Positions 1 to 9,332 of a stretch of DNA of 21,250 bases are shown piece after piece. Where the stretch lies: the IMG/VR virus record IMGVR_UViG_2609459795_000004. The stretch is one strand, 5' to 3'. Made by a program: the position numbers and the translations under genes. The DNA is from a virus. Lineage: Duplodnaviria; Heunggongvirae; Uroviricota; Caudoviricetes. The first letter of the stretch is position 1. The number at the start of each line of letters is the position of its first letter. The notes under the pieces are model-generated. The model saw only the letters and a list, made by a program, of their open reading frames with translations. It had not been told where the DNA came from and ran no database searches.

Positions 1-167
1 CCGTACTCAACGTCCATGCTGTAACGCCCGGCTTCATCCGGATTTTCTGAGGCCAGCGTGTTCACCACCACCGTGGTGCTGTTACGTTTTGCTTTCAGCT
101 GGATTGTGCAGTTCTGTACCGGTTTTCCTGTGCCGTCTTTCAGTACACCTGAAATCTTTACTGCCAT
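1..167 (-). CDS. stf: Side tail fibre protein Stf, first 55 codons only (gene runs off the window start)
   Basis: Minus-strand ATG at 165-167 with an open frame to position 1. My translation MAVKISGVLKDGTGKPVQNCTIQLKAKRNSTTVVVNTLASENPDEAGRYSMDVEY matches the N-terminus of lambda Stf (orf-401) as I recall it. It lies just downstream of lom, as in lambda. Absent from the ORF track because it has no stop in the window. Confidence 0.75.
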   Translation of the reverse strand, partial: MAVKISGVLKDGTGKPVQNCTIQLKAKRNSTTVVVNTLASENPDEAGRYSMDVEY

Positions 168-177
168 ATTCACCCCA

Positions 178-204
178 CAAAAAAGCCCGCCTGAACCGGC
201 GGGC
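178..204 (-). terminator. Rho-independent terminator downstream of lom
   Basis: Top strand has A-run 178-184, then GCCCGCC (185-191), loop TGAACC, GGCGGGC (198-204). On the minus strand this is a 7-bp GC stem followed by a U7 tract, 28 nt after the lom stop. Confidence 0.7.
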
Positions 205-231
205 TGTCATAACACTGTGTTACCTGGCTAA

Positions 232-831
232 TCAGAATTTATAACCGACACCCACGATGAAACCGTCAGTGCGCCAGTCACCACTGCCGGAGCCTTCATA
301 AGCAATATCAATGGCCACGGATTCGGTCGGGTTAAACTGCACGCCAGCCCCCCACGCCAGAGACGTGTTGCTGTGGCGACCGTCATCACTTCCGGTCAGC
401 ACATCGTGCTTTTTCCCCTTGTTGTCAGTTACGCGAAGATAATCCCCGGAGAAAGTCGACACACGGCTGTAAGCCACACCCGCCATCGCATACGCGCTGA
501 ACCATTCATTTACGCGCACAGACGGCCCCGCCATTACGCTGAACCAGCGGTTACGAACGGAATCTTCATGCCAGCGGGTATCGCTGTAACGGGTCAGCTG
601 GCGATTCTTGTCTCCTGCATAGCTGAATGACGTCACCAGCCCCAGTGTGTCCGTAAACTCATAACGGTATTTCACGTTAATCCCGTTCAGATCATCACTG
701 CCGGGGACGTTCGTCGAGGCATGAAGATACCCCGCGCTCAGCGTGGACTGATGTTCAGACGCCCATGCAGGCGCACCGGATACGGCCAGACAAATGGCTG
801 CGGACAAAATTGCTGCACAAACTTTACGCAT
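232..831 (-). CDS. lom: Lom outer-membrane protein (Ail/Lom family beta-barrel)
   Basis: 199-aa ORF with ATG at 829-831 and an upstream GAGG ribosome-binding site. N-terminal signal peptide MRKVCAAILSAAICLAVSGAPAWA, and the protein ends in the aromatic residue typical of outer-membrane beta-barrels (...GVGYKF). Sits between J and stf as in lambda. Confidence 0.88.
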   Translation of the reverse strand: MRKVCAAILSAAICLAVSGAPAWASEHQSTLSAGYLHASTNVPGSDDLNGINVKYRYEFTDTLGLVTSFSYAGDKNRQLTRYSDTRWHEDSVRNRWFSVMAGPSVRVNEWFSAYAMAGVAYSRVSTFSGDYLRVTDNKGKKHDVLTGSDDGRHSNTSLAWGAGVQFNPTESVAIDIAYEGSGSGDWRTDGFIVGVGYKF

Positions 832-855
832 AATTACCTCTCGCTTTTCTGCAAT

Positions 856-879
856 AAAAAAGGCGTCATTCCTGACGCC
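856..879 (-). terminator. Rho-independent terminator downstream of J
   Basis: Top strand A-run 856-861, GGCGTCA (862-868), loop TTCC, TGACGCC (873-879). On the minus strand this is a stem-loop followed by a U6 tract, 23 nt after the J stop and 24 nt before the lom start codon. Confidence 0.65.
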
Positions 880-901
880 CTTTATTGGGGTTATAAATAT
901 T

Positions 902-3900
902 TCAACGAATACTGATGCCGGAAGCGGCTTTTTTGGTCACAATCACCGTACAGTCGGTGATATTGCCTGCCCCCTGATTGCCTTTCTGGAAAATCTTAAA
1001 CTCCAGAGTGACGCTTCCCCTGCCACTCGGCATATCAATAACTGCACTGTAACTACCGGGAATGGCCCCTTTAGTTTCTCTGGATGCGATTAATACGCCG
1101 TTTTTGCGAACTTCAAAACCATAACCCGTGTATCGCGTGCCTCCCGGGTTATTTCCGCTCCCCGGATCGTCATACGCTATACCGTTAAAAATAATGGGCG
1201 GAATAATAATCTGGCGGTCAAAGTTATGATCATCGCTGATGGTGACTGTAACCGTACCGTTTGGTGTTTCCGTGTTACCCCACGTACCGACTTTTTTCGG
1301 GAAGGCTTTTGATACAGCTTTAACGAAATCTCCTCTGACCTGGGTCGCCTCCAGCATGCCCTTAATCGTACAGTTCTGGTTAATCGTGACATTGTTGAGC
1401 GTTCCTGAGTTCGCATTCACACTGCCACTGATATCCGCATTTTTCGCCGTCAGTCTCCCGTCTGATGTCAGGGAAAATGCCGGAGGATTACCGCCGCTGG
1501 TAATGGTGGGGGCCGTCAGGCGTTTCAGGAACACTTCATTCATGAATATCTGATCGCCCTGACCAACAAACATCGGTTTTGTGTTGCCATTTGCAGGATT
1601 AATCATCGCAATCCTGTCTGCCGCCAGCAGCACCTGACTCTGCATGCCGTCGGGGGTGTTCTCAATACCGACACCGATACCCGCAATATAAAGGCGTCCG
1701 TCCTGCATCTGCTGCAGCTTCACAGCCCACATGCTGTTCAGATTATTATTTGTATCAACCTGAACCTTCTGTATCTGCTGAATTGCCGCACTCTGGTCTT
1801 CCAGTTTCTTATTGACGGTCTGCGTGATTTCATTGCTGACATCCTTAATGGACGTCCTGATTTCAGCCAGGTCAGGCGCAAGCTGACCGTTATCAATCTG
1901 CGTCCACAGCTCCTGAGCCAGATGGGTTTTCCCTATCTCGCCTTTGAAAAAATCCAGATAGCCGGATGCATCATCACTCGGCTGACCAACAGCCTCCACG
2001 AATGCCGATTTGCCAACGGTGTTCACACTGCGAACGTAAAAATAATAATCATAGCCCGGCCTGATATTGATACTGGCGGCTATCCAGTACAGCCCCGTGC
2101 CAAGGTAGCGGGCTGTGGTTTCAACCTGCCTGATATCGGTAATCCGCTTTTCCGAGAACCAGAACTCAAACTGTACCGTCGGGTCATAAACGGCAAGATG
2201 CGGCGTGGCGGTTATCTGAAAATAGCCCGGCGTCAGCTCAATCCTCGACGGTGCTGCCGGTGCGGCAATCCGGAACGATACCGACGCCGGATCTCCCTGC
2301 TGCCCCCACGCATTTACCGCCCGGACTGTCAGCCTGTAGTTCCCCAGCGCCAGTTGCGTGAAGCGGTATGTGGTTTCCGTCGTCCGGGCCGTGCTGACCA
2401 GCCGCTCACTGCCGTCGTCCGCTGTTACGGTCAGACGGAGCAGGAAGCTCACGCCCTTCACCACCTTCGGTGTGTCCCAGCGCGCCAGCACCTGATATTC
2501 CCCGCTGTCTGCAGTGACTTCTGCGGTCAGGTGCTGCACCGCTGGCGGCGTGACACCGTTCACCGTGCCACTCTGTTCGCCGTCAAAGTGCGCCCCGTTA
2601 TCCACGATGGCCTCTTTTTCCGGCACATGCTGCACGGCGGTGATGGCATACGTACCGTCATCGTTCTCACGGATACTCACACAGCGGAACAGGCGCTGGC
2701 GCAGCGTCGGCAGCTTCAGCCCCCACACGCTGTATTCGGCAACGCCGTCAGGAACACGGCTCACTTTCACCTTAAGTCCGTCGGTGACGGACTGAACCTC
2801 CACGCTGACCGGATTACCACTTCCGTCAACCAGGCTTATCAGCGTGGTACCGGAGGATGGCAGCGTGATTTCACGGTCGAGCGTCAGCGTCCGGGTCTGG
2901 CTGTTCACCGCCAGCACGCGACCACCGGTGCTGATACCGGCATAGTCATCATCGCAGATTTCAATGACATCGCCCGGTACATGGCGAAGCCCTTCAGCAC
3001 CCACGCTGAAATCCACGGTCTGCGTCTCCAGCAGTTCCGTTTTAATCAGCCACAGCCCGGCGCGGTGTGCCTGCCCCCGGCTGGTACAGCCAAAGGCATC
3101 CATCTTCGTGACATTACGACCGTAACGGGCAATGGCCTGCGTATCTTCAACAAGCTCTGTCGCCGTCTCCCAGCCGTTGTCCGGGTCAATCCAGTTCACC
3201 TCAACGGCATTATGGCGGTCCTTCAGGGCGCTGAAGCTGTAGCGGAACGGCGCGCCATCATCCGGCATCACCACATTACTGCGGTTATAGGTCCACACCT
3301 TATCCGACGGTCGGTCCTGCACGAACGTCAGCGTCTGCCAGTTCCATACCGGCATACAGCGCATCGCCGAGCAGAAATCACTGAGCACATCCCACGCCTT
3401 GCGCTGTGTGGTCAGGTACGCATTACAGGTGATGCGCGGCTCCGTGCCGCCAAAGCCGTCCGGCACTGACTGGTCGCAGTACTGGCCGATGACATACAGC
3501 GCCCATTTGTCCACATCCGCCGCACCAAGACGTTTCCCCATGCCGTAGCGTGGATGGGTCAGCATATCCCACAGACACCAGGCCATGTTATTGCTGTATG
3601 CTGGCTTAAACGTTCCGTCCCAGATACCGCTGTATTGCCGAGTCTGCGGGTTATAGTTCGACGGCACCTGCAGAATACGCCCGCGCAGATGATAATTACG
3701 GCTCACCTGCTGGCTGCCGAACTGCTCCGAATCCACCTGTACGCCGACCAGTGCCGTGTTCGGGTAGCACTGTTTCACATCGATGATTTCGGTGTATGAC
3801 GACCAGAGCGTTTTGTTCTGCAGCTGGTCTGTGGTGCTGTCCGGCGTCATCCTGCGCATCCGGATATTGAACGGGCGCGGCGGCAGGTTACCCACCACCA

Positions 3901-4399
3901 CCGATGCTAGATACTGTGAGGTGGTTTTGCCTTTAATGGTGATGTCTTTTTCCGTCACCCAGCCACCATTACGCTGTATCTGAACCAGCAGGCGGACTTC
4001 CGACGGATTCCGGTCCCCCTTTGAGGTGGTTTCCACCAGTGCCTGCACACCGAAGGTAAAGCGCAGACGGTCGATGTTTGCCGACGTGATGGTCCGGGTA
4101 ATCGGCGTGTCGTACTTCACTTCCGTACCCAGCACCGTCTCGGAGCCGGAGGATTCAAATCCCTCCGGCGGTGTCTGCTCCTGCTCACCGGCCCGGAACA
4201 CCACCGTGACGCCGGATATATTGGTATTCCCCTCACTGTCCAGCACCGGCGTACTGTTCAGCAGCACGCTTTTTAATCCATCCACCGGACCTTCAACCGG
4301 CCCTTCGCTGATGGCATCGATCACACTCAGCAGCTGCGTGGACTTCAGGTTGTCCTTCGCTTCGCGCGGGGTATGCCCCTTACTGCTGCCTTTACCCAT
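902..4399 (-). CDS. J: Tail tip / central tail fibre protein J (host-specificity protein), 1165 aa
   Basis: ATG at 4397-4399 with an upstream GGAG. The N-terminal two thirds ([34 protein letters not shown]...) match lambda gpJ as I recall it. The C-terminal third differs and the protein is 1165 aa against about 1132 aa in lambda. Confidence 0.9.
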   Translation of the reverse strand: MGKGSSKGHTPREAKDNLKSTQLLSVIDAISEGPVEGPVDGLKSVLLNSTPVLDSEGNTNISGVTVVFRAGEQEQTPPEGFESSGSETVLGTEVKYDTPITRTITSANIDRLRFTFGVQALVETTSKGDRNPSEVRLLVQIQRNGGWVTEKDITIKGKTTSQYLASVVVGNLPPRPFNIRMRRMTPDSTTDQLQNKTLWSSYTEIIDVKQCYPNTALVGVQVDSEQFGSQQVSRNYHLRGRILQVPSNYNPQTRQYSGIWDGTFKPAYSNNMAWCLWDMLTHPRYGMGKRLGAADVDKWALYVIGQYCDQSVPDGFGGTEPRITCNAYLTTQRKAWDVLSDFCSAMRCMPVWNWQTLTFVQDRPSDKVWTYNRSNVVMPDDGAPFRYSFSALKDRHNAVEVNWIDPDNGWETATELVEDTQAIARYGRNVTKMDAFGCTSRGQAHRAGLWLIKTELLETQTVDFSVGAEGLRHVPGDVIEICDDDYAGISTGGRVLAVNSQTRTLTLDREITLPSSGTTLISLVDGSGNPVSVEVQSVTDGLKVKVSRVPDGVAEYSVWGLKLPTLRQRLFRCVSIRENDDGTYAITAVQHVPEKEAIVDNGAHFDGEQSGTVNGVTPPAVQHLTAEVTADSGEYQVLARWDTPKVVKGVSFLLRLTVTADDGSERLVSTARTTETTYRFTQLALGNYRLTVRAVNAWGQQGDPASVSFRIAAPAAPSRIELTPGYFQITATPHLAVYDPTVQFEFWFSEKRITDIRQVETTARYLGTGLYWIAASINIRPGYDYYFYVRSVNTVGKSAFVEAVGQPSDDASGYLDFFKGEIGKTHLAQELWTQIDNGQLAPDLAEIRTSIKDVSNEITQTVNKKLEDQSAAIQQIQKVQVDTNNNLNSMWAVKLQQMQDGRLYIAGIGVGIENTPDGMQSQVLLAADRIAMINPANGNTKPMFVGQGDQIFMNEVFLKRLTAPTITSGGNPPAFSLTSDGRLTAKNADISGSVNANSGTLNNVTINQNCTIKGMLEATQVRGDFVKAVSKAFPKKVGTWGNTETPNGTVTVTISDDHNFDRQIIIPPIIFNGIAYDDPGSGNNPGGTRYTGYGFEVRKNGVLIASRETKGAIPGSYSAVIDMPSGRGSVTLEFKIFQKGNQGAGNITDCTVIVTKKAASGISIR

Positions 4400-4410
4400 T
4401 CGTCATGCTC

Positions 4411-4441
4411 CATAAACGATAAAACCGCCCGGAGGCGGTTT
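4411..4441 (-). other. Intergenic stem-loop between I and J (terminator-like, weak U tract)
   Basis: Top strand AAACCGCC (4422-4429), loop CGGA, GGCGGTTT (4434-4441). On the minus strand the stem is followed by UAUCGUUUAU, which is U-rich but interrupted. Confidence 0.4.
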
Positions 4442-4459
4442 CACATAAAACATTTTGCA

Positions 4460-5101
4460 TCAGCGACCAATCACCACAACCTGACCACCATCCCCTTCGT
4501 CTGCCGTGCTGATCTCCTGAGAAACCACGCGTGACCCCACGCGCATTTCACCGTACAGAACCGGCAGAACATTGCCCTGGGCAACCATGTTATCCAGTGA
4601 AGAAAAATAGGTATTCTGTTTGCCGTTATCCGTTGTCTGTGTGCGGGGGGTTTTGGGTTTAGGGGCCAGCATCTGTGCAACACCGCCAAGCGTCATACTG
4701 GCACCGAGAGAAAACAGCAGATTACTCGCCATAATTCCTACCCCCGGCATCCATATAGCAACCGCCATAACAGCCGCCCCCAGCACAGCCTGAAACACAC
4801 CGCCACTTTTGGCTCCTGCCAGACGCGGCACGATATGGATCACGGCACCATTTTCCAGCGGCTCATTAAGACGGGCAGACAATTCGGTTTCACCTGCATC
4901 ACGCCCGGCAATGCGTACCTGGTACCAGCCGTCGCTCAGTTTCTGACGAAATGCCGGGATCTGCATGGCCAGCGCCCGGATGGCTTCGGACCCCGTTTTC
5001 ACTCGAAGGTCGATGCGGCGGCCAAATCGTTGTAAATCCCCGTAAAGGCAGATGCGTGCCATGCCCGGTGACGCCAGAGGGAGTGTGTGCGTCGCTGCCA
5101 T
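4460..5101 (-). CDS. I: Tail tip assembly protein I
   Basis: 213-aa ORF with ATG at 5099-5101 and no in-frame alternative start upstream before a stop. It overlaps the 3' end of K by 103 nt in another frame, the lambda K/I arrangement. Sequence matches my recollection of lambda gpI; I recall lambda gpI as 223 aa, so either my memory or a small indel accounts for the difference. Confidence 0.82.
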   Translation of the reverse strand: MAATHTLPLASPGMARICLYGDLQRFGRRIDLRVKTGSEAIRALAMQIPAFRQKLSDGWYQVRIAGRDAGETELSARLNEPLENGAVIHIVPRLAGAKSGGVFQAVLGAAVMAVAIWMPGVGIMASNLLFSLGASMTLGGVAQMLAPKPKTPRTQTTDNGKQNTYFSSLDNMVAQGNVLPVLYGEMRVGSRVVSQEISTADEGDGGQVVVIGR

Positions 5102-5742
5102 TTGTCGGTGTACCTCTCTCGTTTGCTCAGTTGTTCAGGAATATGGTGCAGCAGCTCGCTGTCACCACAGTAAATGGCGGCATGATTCGGCACCGATGAA
5201 CCAAAACAGCACAGCAGCACATCGCCCGGCTGCGCCGCTGACAACGGCACCTGATACAGCCCTGTGGCCTCCAGATTATCCAGATAGAGATTCTGACCGT
5301 TACGCCACCAGTCATCCCCGCGATGAAAATCCGGCATCTCAATTCCCGCCAGATGGTAAGCGTCCCGGAACAGCGTGTAACAGTCCGTTACCCCGTGCTC
5401 AAAGCGCCGCCCGGTGAGATGCGGCACACAGCGGAACTTATGAATCGTCCCCCGGCAGACCAGCCACCACGGCAAATCACTCTGCACCTGCAGCCGCCGG
5501 TCGGCCTCACTCAGCCAGGGCAGACCACCGGGGTGGCTGTGGACCAGCGCCACAATCTCACCCTGCATTTCTGCCTGCAGCCAGTCTTCCGGCGACATAC
5601 GGAAATACGCCTCCGGCTCACCGGAGATATTCACGCAGGGAAAATATCTTTCCCCCTCCGGCGTGCTTACCACGAAGCCGCACGACTCCGCTGGCGCACA
5701 TCGCCGGGCGTGCGCCAGAATCGCTGATTCTGTCTGTGTCAT
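4999..5742 (-). CDS. K: Tail tip assembly protein K (MPN/JAMM plus NlpC/P60 type), called from the ATG 4 nt after the L stop; lambda's canonical 199-aa form would start at 5598
   Basis: Contains the JAMM-like motif HSHPGGLPWLSEAD and a C-terminal region with the Cys/His pattern of NlpC/P60 peptidases. The frame is open upstream of the canonical Met (MSPEDWLQAE...). ATG at 5740-5742 (MTQTESAIL...) follows the L stop (5747-5749) by 4 nt. The track's 5784 start is a TTG inside L and is unlikely. Confidence 0.78.
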   Translation of the reverse strand: MTQTESAILAHARRCAPAESCGFVVSTPEGERYFPCVNISGEPEAYFRMSPEDWLQAEMQGEIVALVHSHPGGLPWLSEADRRLQVQSDLPWWLVCRGTIHKFRCVPHLTGRRFEHGVTDCYTLFRDAYHLAGIEMPDFHRGDDWWRNGQNLYLDNLEATGLYQVPLSAAQPGDVLLCCFGSSVPNHAAIYCGDSELLHHIPEQLSKRERYTDKWQRRTHSLWRHRAWHASAFTGIYNDLAAASTFE

Positions 5743-5746
5743 GGGT

Positions 5747-6445
5747 TTACTGCGAAAGTTTGTTAATGGAAAGGAAGCCGCCAAAGTTGCCGACGTTATT
5801 GCGGAACTTACAACCGCTCAGGCATTTGCTGCATTTATCCTTCGTGATATCGGACGTTGGCTGGTCATATTCATCCGCGACCGCCGGACCGTGATAACCG
5901 CACTCATCGCCGCGATAGGTCCAGGTGCAGGTGTGGGCCAGCATGATACGTCCCGGAAAAACAGCGCCGTCCGTTTCCGTCGGCGTGGCCAGTACAAAAG
6001 AGGCACTGACCGCGCTCAGTTCGCTGCACTGCTCGATGCGCCAGCGGCTGATCACCTCCTGCTCCGGATCGGCGTAACTGTTTCCGTTGACGAAGTTCAC
6101 CGCATCCAGAAAACGGGCGTAAACCTTACGCCGGACCACCGTTCCGCCGACCAGACTCTGCATATCTTCCGCCATCCAGGTGACCATACCGTACAGGTTA
6201 GAAACCGTCAGCGTGGGGCGCGTACTGGTGCCTTTGCCATTCAGTTCAAAACCGCTCCCCTGAATGGGATACGGCTGATACTGTCGCCCCTGCCAGGTGA
6301 CCGGCTCACCTTTTTCGTTCTGCTCATTACAGAAAAAATAACGTTCTCCACCGACCTCTGTCAGGTCGATTTCCCAGAGCACCACGCTGGCCGACTGCTC
6401 CGCACGGGTGCATTCATTCAGTGTTTCCTGCCGGATATCCTGCAT
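5747..6445 (-). CDS. L: Tail tip assembly protein L
   Basis: 232 aa, the same length as lambda gpL, and the sequence matches my recollection of it (MQDIRQETLNECTRAEQSASVVLWEIDLTEVGGERYFF...). Its start overlaps the M stop. Confidence 0.92.
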   Translation of the reverse strand: MQDIRQETLNECTRAEQSASVVLWEIDLTEVGGERYFFCNEQNEKGEPVTWQGRQYQPYPIQGSGFELNGKGTSTRPTLTVSNLYGMVTWMAEDMQSLVGGTVVRRKVYARFLDAVNFVNGNSYADPEQEVISRWRIEQCSELSAVSASFVLATPTETDGAVFPGRIMLAHTCTWTYRGDECGYHGPAVADEYDQPTSDITKDKCSKCLSGCKFRNNVGNFGGFLSINKLSQ

Positions 6446-6774
6446 CAGTTCACCACCTGTTCAAACTCTGCGCTGAACTCAACACGCAGCATACTGACCC
6501 GCGACGACCATTTTGCGCAGGTCACCTTTATCTGCCGCCACTCATAAGGCGGCGTCCACAGAAAGGATTTCCAGCCCCCGTGCTCTTCCAGAAACGACTC
6601 CAGTACCGTGGCCTCCTCACGGGGGACAGAAAGCGTCACGCTGTACGTTTTCAGGTTGGCATTCAGCCCGGCAGGCGCTCGCTGAGAATAGCCATCACCA
6701 AAGCGCACCTTTCTTACAGAAGGGACCGAAGCCACATCCATACCGGGTTTCACTTTCCAGCGGAAGGTCTTCAT
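6445..6774 (-). CDS. M: Tail tip protein M
   Basis: 109 aa, MKTFRWKVKPGMDVASVPSVRKVRFGDGYSQRAP..., matching lambda gpM in sequence and length. Its start overlaps the H stop by 4 nt. Confidence 0.92.
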   Translation of the reverse strand: MKTFRWKVKPGMDVASVPSVRKVRFGDGYSQRAPAGLNANLKTYSVTLSVPREEATVLESFLEEHGGWKSFLWTPPYEWRQIKVTCAKWSSRVSMLRVEFSAEFEQVVN

Positions 6775-9332
6775 CGTCCACCTCCGGAGAACAGGCCACC
6801 ATCACGCATCTGTGTCTGAATTTCATCACGGGCACCCTTGCGGGCCATGTCATACACCGCCTTCAGAGCAGCCGGACCTATCTGCCCGTTCGTGCCGTCG
6901 TTGTTAATCACCACATGGTTATTCTGCTCAAACGTCCCGGACGCCTGCGACCGGCTGTCTGCCATGCTGCCCGGTGTACCGACATAACCGCCGGTGGCAT
7001 AGCCGCGCATCAGCCGGTAAAGATTCCCCACGCCAATCCGGCTGGTTGCCTCCTTCGTGAAGACAAACTCACCACGGTGAACAATCCCCGCTGGCTCATA
7101 TTTGCCGCCGGTTCCCGTAAATCCTCCGGTTGCAAAATGGAATTTCGCCGCAGCGGCCTGAATGGCTGTACCGCCTGACGCGGATGCGCCGCCACCAACA
7201 GCCCCGCCAATGGCGCTGCCGATACTCCCGACAATCCCCACCATTGCCTGCTTAAGCAGAATTTCTGTCATCATGGACAGCACGGAGCGGGTGAAGCTGC
7301 GCCAGTTCTGTTCACTGCCGGTCAGCATCGCCGCCATATTCTGCGCAATACCATCAAAGGTCTGCGTGGCAGCACTTTTAACCTGCGACATACTGTCCGT
7401 GGCACTCTCTTTCCACTCGCTCCAGCCGGACCTGAGGCCTGCCATCCAGCTCCCGCGAAGCAGGTCTTCAGCCGCCCAGGTCTTTTTCTGCTCTGACATG
7501 ACGTTATTCAGCGCCAGAGGATTATCGCCATACTGTTCCTTCAGGCGCTGTTCCGTGGCTTCCCGTTCTGCCTGCCGGTCAGTCAGCCCCCGGCTTTTCG
7601 CATCAATAGCGGCCCGTTTTGCCCGTTGCTGCTGTGCGAATTTATCCGCCTGCTGCGCCAGCGCGTTCAGGCGCTCCTGATACGTAACCTTGTCGCCAAG
7701 TGCAGCCAACTGGCGTTTATACTCCAGCGTCTCATCTTTATGCGCCAGCAGGGATTTCTCCTGTGCAGACAGCTGGCGACGTTGCGCCGCCTCCTCCAGT
7801 ACCGCGAACTGACTCTCCGCCTTCCACAAATCCCGGCGCTGCTGGCTGATTTTCTCATTTGCTCCGGCATGCTTCTCCAGCGTCCGGAGTTCAGCCTGAA
7901 GCGTCAGCAGGGCAGCATGAGCACTGTCTTCCTGACGATCGCCCGCAGACACCTTCACGCCGGACTGTTTCGGCTTTTTCAGCGTCGCTTCATAGTCCTT
8001 TTTCGCCGCCGCCATCAGCGTGTTGTAATCTGCCTGCAGGATTTTCCCGTCTTTCAGTGCCTTATTCAGTTCTTCCTGACGGGCGGTATATTTCTCCAGC
8101 GGCGTCTGCAGGCGTTCGTAAGCCTTCTGCGTCTCTTCGGTGTATTTCAGCCGTGACGCTTCGGTATCGCTCTGCTGCTGCGCATTTTTGTCCTGTTGAC
8201 TCTGCTGCTCAGCCTTCTTTCGGGCGGCTTCAAGCGCAAGACGGGCCTTTTCACGATCATCCCAGTAACGCGCCCGCGCTTCATCGTTAACAAAATAATC
8301 ATCCTTGCGCAGATTCCAGATGTCGTCTGCTTTCTTAAACGCAGCCTCTGCCTTAATCAGCATCTCCTGCGCGGTATCAGGACGACCAATATCCAGCACC
8401 GCATCCCACATGGATTTGAATGCCCGCGCTGTCCTGTCTGCCCAGGTCTCCAGCGTGCCCATGTTCTCTTTCAGGCGGCGGGTCTGGTCATCAAACCCTT
8501 TCGTTGCGGCCTCGTTCGCCGCCTGCAATGCCCCGGCTTCATCGCCGGAACGCTGCAACTGAGCAACATACGCAATCTGCTCCGCCGTCACGTTATGGAA
8601 CTGGCGTGCCATCGCCGTCAGCCCCGACGTCGGGTCTGTGGTCAGCTTCCCGAAGGCTTCAGCGACCTTGTCCACCTCCACGCCGGATGCAGAGGAGAAA
8701 CGCGCCACACTCTGGCTGATGGACGCAATCTGAGCCTCACCGCTTACCCCCGCCTTAACCAGTGCGCTGAGTGACTCGCTGGTCTGGTTAAACGTCAGCC
8801 CTGCCGCCTGCCCGGCTCTGGACAGGACCAGCATACGATCTGCCGTCAGTCCCGCCTGATTGCCGGAAAGGACCAGCGTTTTGTTGAAATCGGACAGGGT
8901 TGAGTTACCCTGATACCAGGCATACGCCAGCGCACCGGTCGCCACCGCCAGCGAGGTGGCCCCGACCATCGGCAGGGTGATCGCACCGGCAAGCCCCCGG
9001 AACATGGGGATCATCCCGCCGAAGGAGTCCTTAACCTGACCACCCTGTTGCAGCAGGATCAGCCACGGGCTTTGCCCGCCTGCAAGCTGCGTGGCCACGT
9101 CGGTGAACTGTGCAGGCAGCATACGCATGGCGGCTTTATACTGCCCGACGGAAATCCCCGCTTTCTGTGCAGCCAGCGCCTGTCGGCTCAGCGACTGTTC
9201 AACGACTGCCGCTGTTTTTTTCGCATCAGTTTCCGTACCGGAAAAATGACGCCTGACTCTGGCCATCTGCTCGTCAAATCTGGCCGCATCCAGACTTAAA
9301 TCAACGACCAGATCGCCTACCGGTTCAGCCAT
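6771..9332 (-). CDS. H: Tail tape-measure protein H
   Basis: 853 aa, the same length as lambda gpH; matches my recollection along its length (MAEPVGDLVVDLSLDAARFDEQMARVRRHF... ending ...MRDGGLFSGGGR). ATG at 9330-9332. Confidence 0.93.
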   Translation of the reverse strand: MAEPVGDLVVDLSLDAARFDEQMARVRRHFSGTETDAKKTAAVVEQSLSRQALAAQKAGISVGQYKAAMRMLPAQFTDVATQLAGGQSPWLILLQQGGQVKDSFGGMIPMFRGLAGAITLPMVGATSLAVATGALAYAWYQGNSTLSDFNKTLVLSGNQAGLTADRMLVLSRAGQAAGLTFNQTSESLSALVKAGVSGEAQIASISQSVARFSSASGVEVDKVAEAFGKLTTDPTSGLTAMARQFHNVTAEQIAYVAQLQRSGDEAGALQAANEAATKGFDDQTRRLKENMGTLETWADRTARAFKSMWDAVLDIGRPDTAQEMLIKAEAAFKKADDIWNLRKDDYFVNDEARARYWDDREKARLALEAARKKAEQQSQQDKNAQQQSDTEASRLKYTEETQKAYERLQTPLEKYTARQEELNKALKDGKILQADYNTLMAAAKKDYEATLKKPKQSGVKVSAGDRQEDSAHAALLTLQAELRTLEKHAGANEKISQQRRDLWKAESQFAVLEEAAQRRQLSAQEKSLLAHKDETLEYKRQLAALGDKVTYQERLNALAQQADKFAQQQRAKRAAIDAKSRGLTDRQAEREATEQRLKEQYGDNPLALNNVMSEQKKTWAAEDLLRGSWMAGLRSGWSEWKESATDSMSQVKSAATQTFDGIAQNMAAMLTGSEQNWRSFTRSVLSMMTEILLKQAMVGIVGSIGSAIGGAVGGGASASGGTAIQAAAAKFHFATGGFTGTGGKYEPAGIVHRGEFVFTKEATSRIGVGNLYRLMRGYATGGYVGTPGSMADSRSQASGTFEQNNHVVINNDGTNGQIGPAALKAVYDMARKGARDEIQTQMRDGGLFSGGGR

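Noticed and set aside
1922-3469. Long plus-strand ORF (515 aa) opposite J
   Set aside because: It is antisense to a gene with clear, full-length lambda J similarity. The translation is Arg/Pro/Cys-rich and of low complexity, typical of a shadow ORF in GC-rich coding DNA, and there is no ribosome-binding site.
5742-5784. Track start for K at 5784 (TTG), giving a 261-aa protein
   Set aside because: The TTG lies inside the L coding sequence. The ATG at 5742, just after the L stop, or the canonical lambda start at 5598, is more plausible.
5663-8774. Series of plus-strand ORFs (5663-6547, 6513-7178, 7162-7680, 7626-8156, 7859-8290, 8196-8774) opposite L, M and H
   Set aside because: All are antisense to well-supported tail genes and have arginine-rich, low-complexity translations with no start-site signals. 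I treat them as artefacts of high GC content.
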